Assembly (NCBI RefSeq): GCF_037042905.1
Contig: NC_087252.1
Span: 15,316,001 to 15,380,000 of the forward strand
Direction of reading: 5' to 3'
Length of the DNA: 64,000 bases
From: Lytechinus pictus
Lineage: Eukaryota
The notes under the pieces: model-generated
Told to the model about the DNA's origin: nothing
The model's database searches: none
What the model saw: the letters and a program-made list of their open reading frames with translations, nothing else
Translations under genes and position numbers: made by a program
Part shown: piece by piece, positions 63,831 through 64,000 of the stretch
Position numbering within the stretch: position 1 is the stretch's first letter
Layout: each line of letters starts with the position of its first letter

Positions 63831-64000
63831 TCCAAAATTCCTATTAAAATATATTTTGTGATATAACTTTTTTCTGACAAAGTAAAGAGGGGTCAAATGT
63901 TGGTCACTTAAAAAGGAATTTTAGCAACTTTCCAAGATATTTAAAAGCCGGGTAAGGGGGGGGGGGCAGTCTTCCCACTCTGCTTGGCTTGCATAGTTAT

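Overview
AT-rich eukaryotic non-coding DNA (intergenic or a very large intron). The repeat types suggest a marine invertebrate deuterostome, probably a sea urchin; this is inference only. No intact host gene is recognisable. The only ORFs with recognisable protein signal are 5'-truncated non-LTR retrotransposon remnants: CR1/L2-group ORF2 at 29.5-30.5 kb and 45.5-46.0 kb, and an L1/Tx1 zf-RVT region at 36.3 kb. The rest is a dense patchwork of tRNA-derived SINEs, non-autonomous DNA elements with diagnostic target-site duplications (Harbinger-, Kolobok-, hAT-, piggyBac-, Sola- and CACTA-like), two Helentron/HINE-type elements, a Penelope-like inverted remnant, minisatellites and microsatellites. 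A few unique CpG-rich islands look like enhancers. The most unusual observations are: a 72-nt tRNA-shaped sequence with a UCA (opal) anticodon followed by a Pol III terminator; a 463-bp element whose interior is complementary to both of its own ends; a co-varying stem-loop shared by seven LINE 3' ends; a hAT MITE containing a perfect inverted copy of its own flank; and several nested insertions that can be ordered in time. Superfamily labels rest on terminal repeats and TSDs only, with no database search.
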